Numbered from the stretch's first letter, positions 1 to 8,241 are shown. The stretch: DNA of 64,000 nucleotides from Acutalibacteraceae bacterium (GCA_045121075.1 JBGVFK010000005.1:6913-70912); one strand, 5' to 3'. Numbers and translations: made by a program. The notes: generated from the sequence alone by a model not told the origin.

Positions 1-978
1 CATAAACTTTCTGAGGTGCTGAATTCTTGCCCTTGCAACAAAGGGATTTTCAACAGTAAGAACACCGCCTACACAACCGCCTGTGCAGCAGTTAAGCTCA
101 ATAAAATCAAGGTCATTAAGCTTTTCATCCTCGAGCTCTTCAAGCACATTGATTACGTTACGGATACCGTCAGCCGCAAGATATCTCTCCTTCAAAAGGC
201 CTGATGCTTCACCGCCGCTGCTTGCCCAGCTTACACCGATAATACCTGAATCGTTGATAAGCTCAACTTCATCTGTACTGAGCTTATCCATATTGTGCAC
301 AAGCTGAGGATAAATTTCCTTCATTGCAATTGCGCCGTCAACACCGCTTTTGCTGTAGCCGAGAGGATTTTTGATTGATGTTCTTTTCGCAGGACAGGGT
401 GAAATAAAGAAAACGCCTATTTCCTCATCCTTAAGTCCCGTTTCCTTAATTGCTTCTTCTCTTGCAATTTTTGCCGCAAAGTCAACGGGTGCATAAAGGG
501 GCAGAAGATTCGGAATAAGATTAGGGAAGCGGATTCTGATAAGTCTTACAACTGCGGGACAAGCAGTTGAGATAACGGGCTTTTTAAGACTTTCCGTTCT
601 CATCATATTTCTTGTTGCACTGCTTATGAATTCAGCCGCCTTGCTTACCTCAACAACCTTATCGAAGCCCATCTTTTTAAGACCCGTCAGCACATAGTCA
701 ATATTTTCAAGGTTATTGAACTGACCGTAAAGTGCAGGGGCAGGCAGTGCGATTTTATATCTGAATTTATCTTTTTCGCTGAGATGCTCCATAACTGCAT
801 ATTTTGCGTGCTGAGGGCAGACCCTGATACACTCGCCGCAGTCGATACATCTGTCGGAAATTATGTACGCCTTTTTATTTCTTACACGGATAGCCTCTGT
901 GGGGCAACGTTTGATACAGTTAGTACACCCCACACATTTATCCGCATCAAGGCGAACTGAGTGGAATATTTTTGACAT
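1..978 (-). CDS. [FeFe]-hydrogenase-like Fe-S protein, N-terminal 326 codons (gene continues past the left edge)
   Basis: Open minus-strand frame with ATG at 976-978 and a GGAGAA RBS upstream. My translation begins MSKIFHSVRLDADKCVGCTNCIKRCP...DRCIDCGECIRVCP, giving two CxxCxxCxxxCP 4Fe-4S motifs. It continues with STACPAVV, ISPCPAKR and ELNCCTGGCVGG, which resemble degenerate H-cluster motifs L1-L3. It is absent from the ORF track because there is no stop inside the window. Confidence 0.8.
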   Translation of the reverse strand, partial: MSKIFHSVRLDADKCVGCTNCIKRCPTEAIRVRNKKAYIISDRCIDCGECIRVCPQHAKYAVMEHLSEKDKFRYKIALPAPALYGQFNNLENIDYVLTGLKKMGFDKVVEVSKAAEFISSATRNMMRTESLKKPVISTACPAVVRLIRIRFPNLIPNLLPLYAPVDFAAKIAREEAIKETGLKDEEIGVFFISPCPAKRTSIKNPLGYSKSGVDGAIAMKEIYPQLVHNMDKLSTDEVELINDSGIIGVSWASSGGEASGLLKERYLAADGIRNVINVLEELEDEKLNDLDFIELNCCTGGCVGGVLTVENPFVARARIQHLRKFM

Positions 979-998
979 TATGTTTTCTCCTTTTAATT

Positions 999-1281
999 AA
1001 AGTGGAAAGTTAAAAGTTGAAAGTTGAAATAAGGGTCGCTTCGCTCCGGAATTATCCGCCTTTATATTCATAAATGAATAAAATCCTACCCGCCGAATTT
1101 ATCAATCTGCTTCGGCGGAATGAATATAAGGGCTTAGCAGAAAGTTAAAACGAATACAATTCTCAAACCTTATCTTGTCGCCCCTGAAAGGGGAGATGTC
1201 AAAATCGCCTAAACGATTTTGACAGAGGGGTTTATAATCGGAGCTTTGCTCCCCACATTTTAACTTTCAACTTTCCACTTT
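999..1281. repeat. Hairpin-mosaic intergenic element, copy E1 (heptamer-arm family), no ORF
   Basis: The left arm is aaagtggaaagttaaaagttgaaagttgaaataagggtcgcttcgctccgg (999-1049). The right arm is atcggagctttgctccccacattttaactttcaactttccacttt (1237-1281), its imperfect reverse complement. Internal hairpins are ccgccgaa/ttcggcgg (1090-1118), cccct/agggg, and gtcaaaatcg/cgattttgac (1174-1230). Confidence 0.8.
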
Positions 1282-1286
1282 AAACT

Positions 1287-1712
1287 TTATTCAATAAGTA
1301 CCGCAAGCTTCAGCGTTGTTCCAACGCCTACCTCTGTTTCAATTTCAAATGTGTCGCTATATTTCTTTATGTTGGGAAGACCCATACCTGCACCAAAGCC
1401 AAGTGAACGGATATTATCGGGCGCAGTTGAATACCCCTCCTTCATAGCAAGGTCAATATCAGCAATACCCGGTCCCTGGTCAGCGAGAGTCATATTGATT
1501 CTGTCCTCGGTTATTTCAACATCTATTTCTCCGCCGCCTGCATGGATAACCATATTGATTTCGCCTTCATACATAGCAATGGCAACGTTTCTTATAACAT
1601 TCGGTGAGACTCCCAGCTGTTTCAGTGTACGCTTAACATCACCGGAGGCTGCTCCGGCTCTTGTAAAGTCATCACCCGGCACATCGTAGTGCAGTCTGAT
1701 GCTCTCACTCAT
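1287..1712 (-). CDS. HATPase_c-type anti-sigma regulatory factor-like Ser/Thr kinase (SpoIIAB-like)
   Basis: The 141-aa ORF contains DQGPGI and GFGAGMGLPN motifs typical of GHKL ATPase lids. Its start overlaps the upstream gene by 4 nt. Confidence 0.75.
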   Translation of the reverse strand: MSESIRLHYDVPGDDFTRAGAASGDVKRTLKQLGVSPNVIRNVAIAMYEGEINMVIHAGGGEIDVEITEDRINMTLADQGPGIADIDLAMKEGYSTAPDNIRSLGFGAGMGLPNIKKYSDTFEIETEVGVGTTLKLAVLIE

Positions 1713-2059
1713 TTTCCGCTTCCTCCTCTGAGACCGTTTTCATAAAGTCTGCCGCAGGAAGTAAACATTTCAAGCTCAGTACAAAGCATAACCATATCTC
1801 TGTCCTCAGCCATTTCAATCATATCAAGAGTAGGTCTTTTGCCTCTTACAAAAACGATGCAGTGCATATCCATCATTTCTGCAGTTCTTACAACCTGAGG
1901 GTTAACAAGACCCGTAAGAAGTACAGCCTGCTCTTTTACAAAAGCAAGCACGTCGCTCATCATATCACTGCCGCAAGCTGAGTTTACTTCTTTCTGAAGA
2001 AGGTCATCACGGCAAATAATTTCTGCTTCAAGAATTTCTTTAATGTCGTTTACTGTCAT
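1709..2059 (-). CDS. DRTGG domain-containing protein
   Basis: The 116-aa ORF contains ...AVLLTGLVNPQVVRTAEMMDMHCIVFVRGKRP, matching my recollection of the DRTGG domain. The stop overlaps the kinase-like gene start (ATGA). Confidence 0.7.
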   Translation of the reverse strand: MTVNDIKEILEAEIICRDDLLQKEVNSACGSDMMSDVLAFVKEQAVLLTGLVNPQVVRTAEMMDMHCIVFVRGKRPTLDMIEMAEDRDMVMLCTELEMFTSCGRLYENGLRGGSGK

Positions 2060-2081
2060 AATTTTTTCTCCTTTTTCATTT

Positions 2082-2718
2082 AAAGTGGAAAGTTAAAAGT
2101 TGAAAGTTGAAATGAGGGTCGCTTCGCTCCGATTTTATCCGCCTTAATACGATCAAAATCGTTTAATTCATACCGCCAAATTAAATCGCCAAAAATTGTT
2201 AGCAGAATTCATTTGTATCGGTTGCTTCGCACATTGTTTTTGTTGTTGCCATTAATATTTTCTTAAGCTCCAGACAATCACTTTTTACTGAATTGTATTC
2301 TTTTTCGCTAAGGTATTCAGTTTCAAAAAGTAATTCAAGCCAATATAAAGTTTCGTTGCTTTCTTTAAGGGCGATATATATTTTTGCAAGAAAATCCTTT
2401 GAGCTCATAGCACATTCGCTTTCTGCAATATTTGAACCTATGCTTGTTCCGCTTCTGAGCAGTTGCTTTGATATTATAAATTCCTTTTTCTCTTCGGTAA
2501 GATATTTATAAAGGTTAATTATTCTTATAGCAAACTTTATACTTTTTTCTTTAGCTATATTATTTTTCATTGCTTTTACCTTTCTTTTTCTTTATTCTCA
2601 CCGACCGCTTCATCTGAACTATCATGGCGGAATCTAATTAAAATTTCTGAACATCTTTAACCCGGATAAAATCGGAGCGGAGCGACCCTTATTTCAACTT
2701 TTAACTTTCAACTTTCAT
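2082..2718. mobile_element. Inverted-repeat-bounded element E2 carrying a four-helix-bundle gene (IVS-like)
   Basis: The left arm at 2082-2138 is aaagtggaaagttaaaagttgaaagttgaaatgagggtcgcttcgctccgattttatcc. The right arm at 2664-2718 is ggataaaatcggagcggagcgacccttatttcaacttttaactttcaactttcat. The inner ~35 nt are complementary with 2 mismatches. Mobility is inferred, not shown. Confidence 0.6.
2199..2570 (-). CDS. Four-helix-bundle protein (23S rRNA intervening-sequence protein family)
   Basis: The 123-aa AT-rich ORF reads FAIRIINLYKYL...LLRSGTSIGSNIAES...DFLAKIYIALKESNETLYWLELL. This is the characteristic pattern of this family. Confidence 0.85.
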   Translation of the reverse strand: MKNNIAKEKSIKFAIRIINLYKYLTEEKKEFIISKQLLRSGTSIGSNIAESECAMSSKDFLAKIYIALKESNETLYWLELLFETEYLSEKEYNSVKSDCLELKKILMATTKTMCEATDTNEFC

Positions 2719-2719
2719 A

Positions 2720-2750
2720 TTTGTAATTTACTCTGCGAGTAAATTACAAA
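2720..2750. repeat. Perfect 14-bp palindrome with a 3-nt loop
   Basis: The sequence is tttgtaatttactc-tgc-gagtaaattacaaa. It sits directly between the E2 arm and the terminator. Confidence 0.8.
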
Positions 2751-2775
2751 AAGCGACCGTAGTGGCCGCTTTTTA
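2748..2775 (-). terminator. Rho-independent terminator downstream of 2779..3351
   Basis: The minus strand reads gcggcc-acta-cggtcgc followed by ttttt. Confidence 0.6.
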
Positions 2776-2778
2776 AAA

Positions 2779-3351
2779 TCAGATGTATTTGAAATCGGCC
2801 TTTTCGATTTCTTTTTCAATAATATCAACGGCAAGGTTCCAGACTGTTTTTCCTGCTTCAACAAAGCCGTCCTTATTTTTTACGGAACAAAGCATTGCAA
2901 AAGCCTCGCCGATGTTTTCTGAAAGATTTCCGCCCTTCTGAACTGCAAGATAATAAAAGGTGAAGGCTGCACCGTTTTTAAGGTTATCATAGAAGCCGGG
3001 GGATTTCTTTTCAATGTTTTCATACATTGTGGCAATTGCCGTTGTTGTTACAATTGAAACGGGAATTTCAAACTGAAGTACAGTTTCGCAGGCAAAAACA
3101 AGAAGCACCTTCATCTGATAAAGAATATCTGATGTGAAATATCTGGGGGCAAGGTGATCCTTAAGATTAACAATTATGCCGTCATCACCCTTAGGAGTAA
3201 TTGTTGCAAGAATTTCGCCGAGCTTTCTTGCTTTATCAATATTTCCGTTGATTCTGTGAGTCATAACCTCATCAAGGGTTCTTGAAATTTCGGCTGAGCT
3301 CTGGTCAAGCTCGTTTTTTGATCTGTATATCTTTACATCGTTTTCGCTCAT
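2779..3351 (-). CDS. Hypothetical protein (190 aa)
   Basis: A long ORF with coding-like composition, co-directional and tightly spaced with the PHP gene. I recognise no motif. Confidence 0.6.
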   Translation of the reverse strand: MSENDVKIYRSKNELDQSSAEISRTLDEVMTHRINGNIDKARKLGEILATITPKGDDGIIVNLKDHLAPRYFTSDILYQMKVLLVFACETVLQFEIPVSIVTTTAIATMYENIEKKSPGFYDNLKNGAAFTFYYLAVQKGGNLSENIGEAFAMLCSVKNKDGFVEAGKTVWNLAVDIIEKEIEKADFKYI

Positions 3352-3381
3352 ATTTCTGTACTCCGGAAAACCGGTCCTTTC

Positions 3382-4257
3382 TTATTTCTCTTCAGCTGAA
3401 GCCTTGTTACGCTTTCTGCGTTTTCTTGCCTTGTATGAAAGAAGCTGACTGAGAGCATCCTCGGGCGGGCCGTATTCACCGATTTTAAGCGGATAAGCGT
3501 TGAAACCGCCGTGGAAGTCGCTGCCGCCGGTCATAAGCAGACCATGCTTCTTTGCAATTTTAATAAGTAATTCCTGCTGCTCAGGAGTATTTTCGGGATG
3601 CCATACCTCAACACCGTCAAGGCCAAGGGGAATAAGCTCTTCAAAAAGCTCAAAATTATTATAGAAGCCGGGATGGGCAAGAATTGCAATACCGCCTGCC
3701 TCGTGAATTGCTTCAATAATTTCCTGAGGGTCGGGATATGTAGGATCCATTGAAACATTCATCGGCGAATCCTTGCTGAAAAGCTTTTTGTGAAGATCAC
3801 CGAAAATTTCTGTAGTGTAGCCGCATTCCATAAGCGCCTTAAGAATGTGCTGCTTGAAAATGTTTGTGGAGCCCTGTGCATTTCTGAGAATAAAGTCTTC
3901 ACTGATGGGGAATTTGTTCGCCACCTTTTTAAGCATAATCACGCCGGCTCTCTTTCTGAGAAGCGAGTTGCTTTTGCAAAGGCCTTCAAGTCTTTCCGGC
4001 TTATCGGGCAGATAGCAAAGAATATGTACCTTTGATTTTCTCTTGCTGTCAGTTGCAGAAAATTCAACACCTGGTATAACATTGACACCGTATCTGTTGC
4101 CTATCATTTCTGCTCTTACAGTGCCTGCAAGACAGTCGTGGTCAGTAATTGAAATTGTTGTTACACCTGAATTTTTTGCTAAAATGACAATGTCGTCGAT
4201 ACCTACGGTACCGTCGGAAAGTTTTGTGTGAATGTGTAAATCTGCTTTCAAAATCAA
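3382..4257 (-). CDS. PHP-domain metal-dependent phosphoesterase
   Basis: The N-terminal sequence ADLHIHTKLSDG...ISITDHD, followed by later His/Asp motifs (ILAHPG, GGSDFHG), is typical of the PHP family. Confidence 0.8.
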   Translation of the reverse strand: MILKADLHIHTKLSDGTVGIDDIVILAKNSGVTTISITDHDCLAGTVRAEMIGNRYGVNVIPGVEFSATDSKRKSKVHILCYLPDKPERLEGLCKSNSLLRKRAGVIMLKKVANKFPISEDFILRNAQGSTNIFKQHILKALMECGYTTEIFGDLHKKLFSKDSPMNVSMDPTYPDPQEIIEAIHEAGGIAILAHPGFYNNFELFEELIPLGLDGVEVWHPENTPEQQELLIKIAKKHGLLMTGGSDFHGGFNAYPLKIGEYGPPEDALSQLLSYKARKRRKRNKASAEEK

Positions 4258-4403
4258 TTCCCCGTTTCTTACCTTTCAAAGATTTAAAAGTTGCTTTTTT
4301 CCGTTTTTGACCAAAATAAGGTCTACTACTCTATACTAACTGTTATTATACTCTTCTTTTATTTTTTTTGCAAGACAAAAAGAGCTTTTTTAAAGCTTTT
4401 TAT

Positions 4404-5111
4404 TTATATATTACAGAGAAGTCTTTGAAGAATATTTACAAGAAGCTCTGTAAGACAGCTTTCCTTACGGTTGTTCATTTCACGGTAATCTTCAACTGAG
4501 CTGTCATCTGCATCGTCGCTGATTTTTCTGAGAGAAAGGAAGGGGATTTCAGCCTTATCGCATACTGATGCAATTGCTGCAGTTTCCATATCAAAGGCTT
4601 CAATTTTAAATGTTTCCTTATAGAAATCCTTCTTTGCCTTGTCTGTAAGGAAAATGTCACCTGTGCCTGTAGGAGCAGCAATAATTCCGTCACTCTGAAG
4701 CGCGTAGGAAAGAAGGGTCTCGTCAGCTGTGTATAAGTATCTCTGCTTGTCTGCCTTTACGCCCGGTGCATAACCGATAGCGGTAAGGTCAAAGTCACAT
4801 TCAATATGGCTTGTTGCCGCAATCATATCTTCTCTTTTAAGGCGTGAAACCGCACCTGAAAGACCTGCGTTGAGAATGTAATCTGCTTTTTCTGCACCGA
4901 TGAGGTAAGCCGCAGCTGCAGCCGCATTTGATTTACCGATACCACACTTTACTGCAATAAGCTTAAGTGCGTTTTTTTCATTTTTAAGGTAGGTTGTAAC
5001 TGTGTCATTACCGAATTTTCTTTCTTCCTCACAGCCGTTTTCCTTTGCCCATGAAAGATAGGGAGCATATTCCATTTCATCAGCAAAAATAAGTCCAATT
5101 GTTTTTTCCAT
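4404..5111 (-). CDS. PNP_UDP_1 family nucleosidase, probably 5'-methylthioadenosine/S-adenosylhomocysteine nucleosidase
   Basis: The 235-aa ORF contains GIGKSNAAAAAAYLI and FDMETAAIASVC motifs, resembling MtnN/Pfs. Confidence 0.65.
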   Translation of the reverse strand: MEKTIGLIFADEMEYAPYLSWAKENGCEEERKFGNDTVTTYLKNEKNALKLIAVKCGIGKSNAAAAAAYLIGAEKADYILNAGLSGAVSRLKREDMIAATSHIECDFDLTAIGYAPGVKADKQRYLYTADETLLSYALQSDGIIAAPTGTGDIFLTDKAKKDFYKETFKIEAFDMETAAIASVCDKAEIPFLSLRKISDDADDSSVEDYREMNNRKESCLTELLVNILQRLLCNI

Positions 5112-5297
5112 TTTTGTCGTTCCTTTCTGTTGGTTTACCCTTTGATTTTACCACAGTTTTCTTATCAATGTCAACGAGATAAGGACAGCATAAAATGAAA
5201 GTATAAAAGAAAAATCCGCAGTTTGTTTTTCCGGTGCGTCAATGCGTCTTATGAATAGCCGGAAGCGGCACTTTTAAGTGTGCGTACTGCTTTATAT

Positions 5298-5728
5298 AAA
5301 TGCAAAATGCAAAGTGCAAAATAATCGCAGGTTTATATTTCTGCAATTTGTAAGATGCAGCCTGCGAAACTGATTGAGTTGTAAAGGGTAATGAGTTTTT
5401 TGACCTCTCCGTCTTCGTCTTCGACGAATCCACCTTTTCTTCCAGAAACGGGCACCCTTTTGTCTGCTTTGCAGACATTTCCCCTAACAGGGGAATTACC
5501 TTTCAGGAGAGGCTTTTAGGTTGCTTTTCAGAAAATGAAACCATTAGAATACCGTCTGAATATTTTTGTGTTCAGCTTGAAAGTTTCGTCAACGGAGAGG
5601 TCGAAACTGAACGATTTCATCAATTTGCTTTGGCGGTATGAATATAGAGGTTTTGCAGTTCGCTTAAACGGCTACAATCGGAGCTTTGCTCCCCACATTT
5701 CAACTTTTAACTTTTAACTTTCCACTTT
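5298..5728. repeat. Composite hairpin-mosaic element E5
   Basis: The left end has TGCAAAA-type heptamers (aaatgcaaaatgcaaagtgcaaaat, 5298-5323). The core hairpins, in reverse orientation, lie at 5455-5495 (gtctgc/gcagac, cccct/agggg). A long-range pair joins gacctctccgt (5402-5412) and acggagaggtc (5592-5602). The right arm atcggagctttgctccccacatttcaacttttaacttttaactttccacttt (5677-5728) is nearly identical to the E1 right arm. Confidence 0.7.
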
Positions 5729-5839
5729 AATTTCTCCAAAGCGACCCGATAATTTTGCATTTAAAAAACTCTTGCAATAAAGTTTACTTTCTGTTATAAT
5801 ACACGTGGAAAAATATATAAAATTAAAGGAGCGCTAAAA

Positions 5840-6226
5840 ATGAAAAGCACTAAAAGATTTTTTATTTATGCATTATGTATTCTTCTTTCAGTTGTAGTTG
5901 CATGCTCAACAGTTATGGTTGGTGCAACAGATGACGCTGCAAGCAGTAATTCATCATCTGAATCAACAACAGCAAAGCCCACAAATGAGGATCTTCTTTA
6001 CACAGAGGAATCAATCCCCACAGAAAAGGATATTACAGACACAATCAGCGAAATCGTTTCAGAAAACGGCTGGCAAGATGACCTTTCAGAAGTAGGCAAG
6101 GAAATTACAGGTTCAAGTGCAGAGGCTGCGAATTTCCTCGAAAAGCTTATCGAAAAGCTTGAAAACGCATTTGAATCATTCATTCAGTTCTTCAGACAGA
6201 TTTTCAGAATAGGCTTTTTTGATTAA
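5840..6226 (+). CDS. Small secreted protein or lipoprotein (128 aa)
   Basis: A GGAG RBS precedes a signal peptide MKSTKRFFIYALCILLSVVVAC with a lipobox-like VVAC. A Ser/Thr/Glu-rich linker follows, then a Phe-rich amphipathic C-terminus FESFIQFFRQIFRIGFFD. Confidence 0.55.
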   Translation: MKSTKRFFIYALCILLSVVVACSTVMVGATDDAASSNSSSESTTAKPTNEDLLYTEESIPTEKDITDTISEIVSENGWQDDLSEVGKEITGSSAEAANFLEKLIEKLENAFESFIQFFRQIFRIGFFD

Positions 6227-6300
6227 TCAAGTATAATCCTGTATTTTATCCGGTGGTACAATGGTATTGCCGGATTTAATTTTAAGAAGGGAAGATAAGA

Positions 6301-7677
6301 GTGAAAGATTACATTAAAAGCGGTATGCCGTATTACAAAAGAATGCTTACAATTGCCGTACCGATTATGGTGCAAAGCGGTATAACAAATTTTGTAAGCA
6401 TGATTGACAATATTATGGTGGGCAGAGTGGGCACTCTTCAGATGACAGGTGTTTCAATTGTCAACCAGATTATGATGGTTTTCAATCTCTGCATTTTCGG
6501 TGCAATGTCAGGCGCGGGAATTTTTACATCCCAGTTTTTCGGAAAGAAAGACAGCGACGGTGTAAGAAGCACCATTCAGTATAAAATAATTGCCGCTTTT
6601 CTGCTTTCTGCCTTCGGTATAGGCGCTTTTGTAACCCTGGGCGATACTCTCGTTTCCTTTTATCTTCAGGGTGAAGGCTCACAGCAGGATATTCTTCAGG
6701 TTGCCTCATACAGCCGTGAATATCTTAAAATTATGCTTCTCGGTATTCTTCCTTTCGCTCTTTCAAATGTTTATTCATCCTCGCTGAGAGAAACCAACGA
6801 CAGAATTGTTCCTATGATTGCAACGGTAGCTGCCGTTTTTACAAATCTTGTTCTTAATTACTGTCTTATTTTCGGTAATTTCGGCTTTCCCGTTCTTGGA
6901 ATCAACGGTGCGGCAATTGCAACGGTTATTGCCCGTTTTATTGAACTTTTTATTCTTATGCTCTGGTCACATACCCACACCAAGAAATATCCCTTTATAA
7001 AAAAGCTGTTCAGAAAATTCACAATGACCCGTCAGGATATGGGAAAAATTACACTTATTACTCTGCCGCTTTTAATCAACGAGGCTCTTTGGGCATCGGG
7101 TATGGCTTTTCTCAATCAGTGCTACAGCATAAGAGGTCTTGATGTTGTTGCGGCGGTTAACATTGTTTCTACTCTCAGCAATGTTTTCAATGTTGTGTTT
7201 ATTTCCTCAGGCAGTGCTATAGGAATTATTATGAGTCAGCTTCTTGGTGCAAAAAAGAAAACTAAGGCAAAAAGCTCCGCAATGAAGCTTATCTGGTTTT
7301 CCGTTTTTCTCTCGGTTATTATCGGCCTTGTAATGGCCCTTTGCTCACCCTTGTTTCCAAAAATTTATAAAACCTCCGACACTGTTCGTTTTATTGCAAC
7401 TGAGCTTCTTTTTGTGGTAAGCTTTTTTATGCCTGTTCACGCATTCACAAACGGAACCTACTTTACCCTGCGTTCAGGCGGAAAAACTGTTATGACCTTT
7501 ATTTTTGACAGCGGCTTTGTGTGGCTTTGCAGCGTTCCTCTTGCCTTTGTTTTAAGCCGTTTCACCGCTATGCCTATACTTACCTTGTTTATAACAGTTC
7601 AGCTGCTTGATTTACTCAAATGTATTTTAGGCTATATCTTTGTAAAAAAAGGTGTGTGGCTCAACACGGTTGTGTAA
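6301..7677 (+). CDS. MATE family efflux transporter
   Basis: The 458-aa, 12-TM-like protein starts with YYKRMLTIAVPIMVQSGITNFVSMIDNIMVGRVG, typical of MATE. The GTG start comes from the track; an ATG 8 codons downstream is possible. Confidence 0.85.
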   Translation: MKDYIKSGMPYYKRMLTIAVPIMVQSGITNFVSMIDNIMVGRVGTLQMTGVSIVNQIMMVFNLCIFGAMSGAGIFTSQFFGKKDSDGVRSTIQYKIIAAFLLSAFGIGAFVTLGDTLVSFYLQGEGSQQDILQVASYSREYLKIMLLGILPFALSNVYSSSLRETNDRIVPMIATVAAVFTNLVLNYCLIFGNFGFPVLGINGAAIATVIARFIELFILMLWSHTHTKKYPFIKKLFRKFTMTRQDMGKITLITLPLLINEALWASGMAFLNQCYSIRGLDVVAAVNIVSTLSNVFNVVFISSGSAIGIIMSQLLGAKKKTKAKSSAMKLIWFSVFLSVIIGLVMALCSPLFPKIYKTSDTVRFIATELLFVVSFFMPVHAFTNGTYFTLRSGGKTVMTFIFDSGFVWLCSVPLAFVLSRFTAMPILTLFITVQLLDLLKCILGYIFVKKGVWLNTVV

Positions 7678-7729
7678 GACTTGATTATTTAAAGGCTTTT
7701 TGATATAATGTCTACCGAGGTGTTAAAAT

Positions 7730-8107
7730 ATGAAAATTCATCAATCGGCGGAGAATTACCTTGAAACAATTTATGTTCTCACAAAGCGTAACGGCTCCGT
7801 ACGTTCAATTGATATTGCAAACGAGCTCGGTTTTTCAAAGCCCAGCGTAAGTGTAGCCATGAAGGCTCTCAGAGAAAACGGATATATAGATGTTTCCGGT
7901 GACGGTAAAATTATTCTTCTTGAAGCAGGAATAAAAATTGCCGAAAAGCTCTATGAACGCCACACGGTGCTTACAAATGCACTTATGGCTCTCGGCATTT
8001 CTGAAGAAACTGCTTCTGAGGATGCCTGCAAAATTGAGCACATTCTTTCGGAAGAGACGTTTAATGCTATTAAAATTCATTTTAATAATAAAAAAACACG
8101 TGTTTGA
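7730..8107 (+). CDS. DtxR/MntR-family metal-dependent transcriptional repressor
   Basis: The N-terminal winged-helix pattern AENYLETIYVL...SIDIANELGFSKPSVSVAMKALRENGYI supports the call. Confidence 0.8.
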   Translation: MKIHQSAENYLETIYVLTKRNGSVRSIDIANELGFSKPSVSVAMKALRENGYIDVSGDGKIILLEAGIKIAEKLYERHTVLTNALMALGISEETASEDACKIEHILSEETFNAIKIHFNNKKTRV

Positions 8108-8185
8108 TTACAGCTTTATATTGCGATGAAAGTTATCACCAATATTGATATCACAATGTAAATCAACTGCACAACAAAGCATTAA

Positions 8186-8230
8186 AAACCGCTTATGTTG
8201 CTAACGCAACATAAGCGGTTTCTGTTTTTA
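8186..8230. terminator. Bidirectional rho-independent terminator
   Basis: The stem aaaccgcttatgttgc-taac-gcaacataagcggttt is flanked by an A-run and a T-run. It lies between convergent genes. Confidence 0.8.
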
Positions 8231-8241
8231 TTAAATTTGTC

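Noticed and set aside
999-1049. Heptamer arrays considered as a CRISPR or other spacer-repeat array
   Set aside because: The units are 7 nt and directly tandem with no spacers, and they occur as inverted arms of larger elements. No cas genes are present.
5239-5717. ORFs 5239..5478 (-) and 5535..5717 (+) in the long spacer
   Set aside because: They lie within the hairpin-mosaic repeat E5 and their translations are repeat-derived low-complexity strings. There is no RBS.
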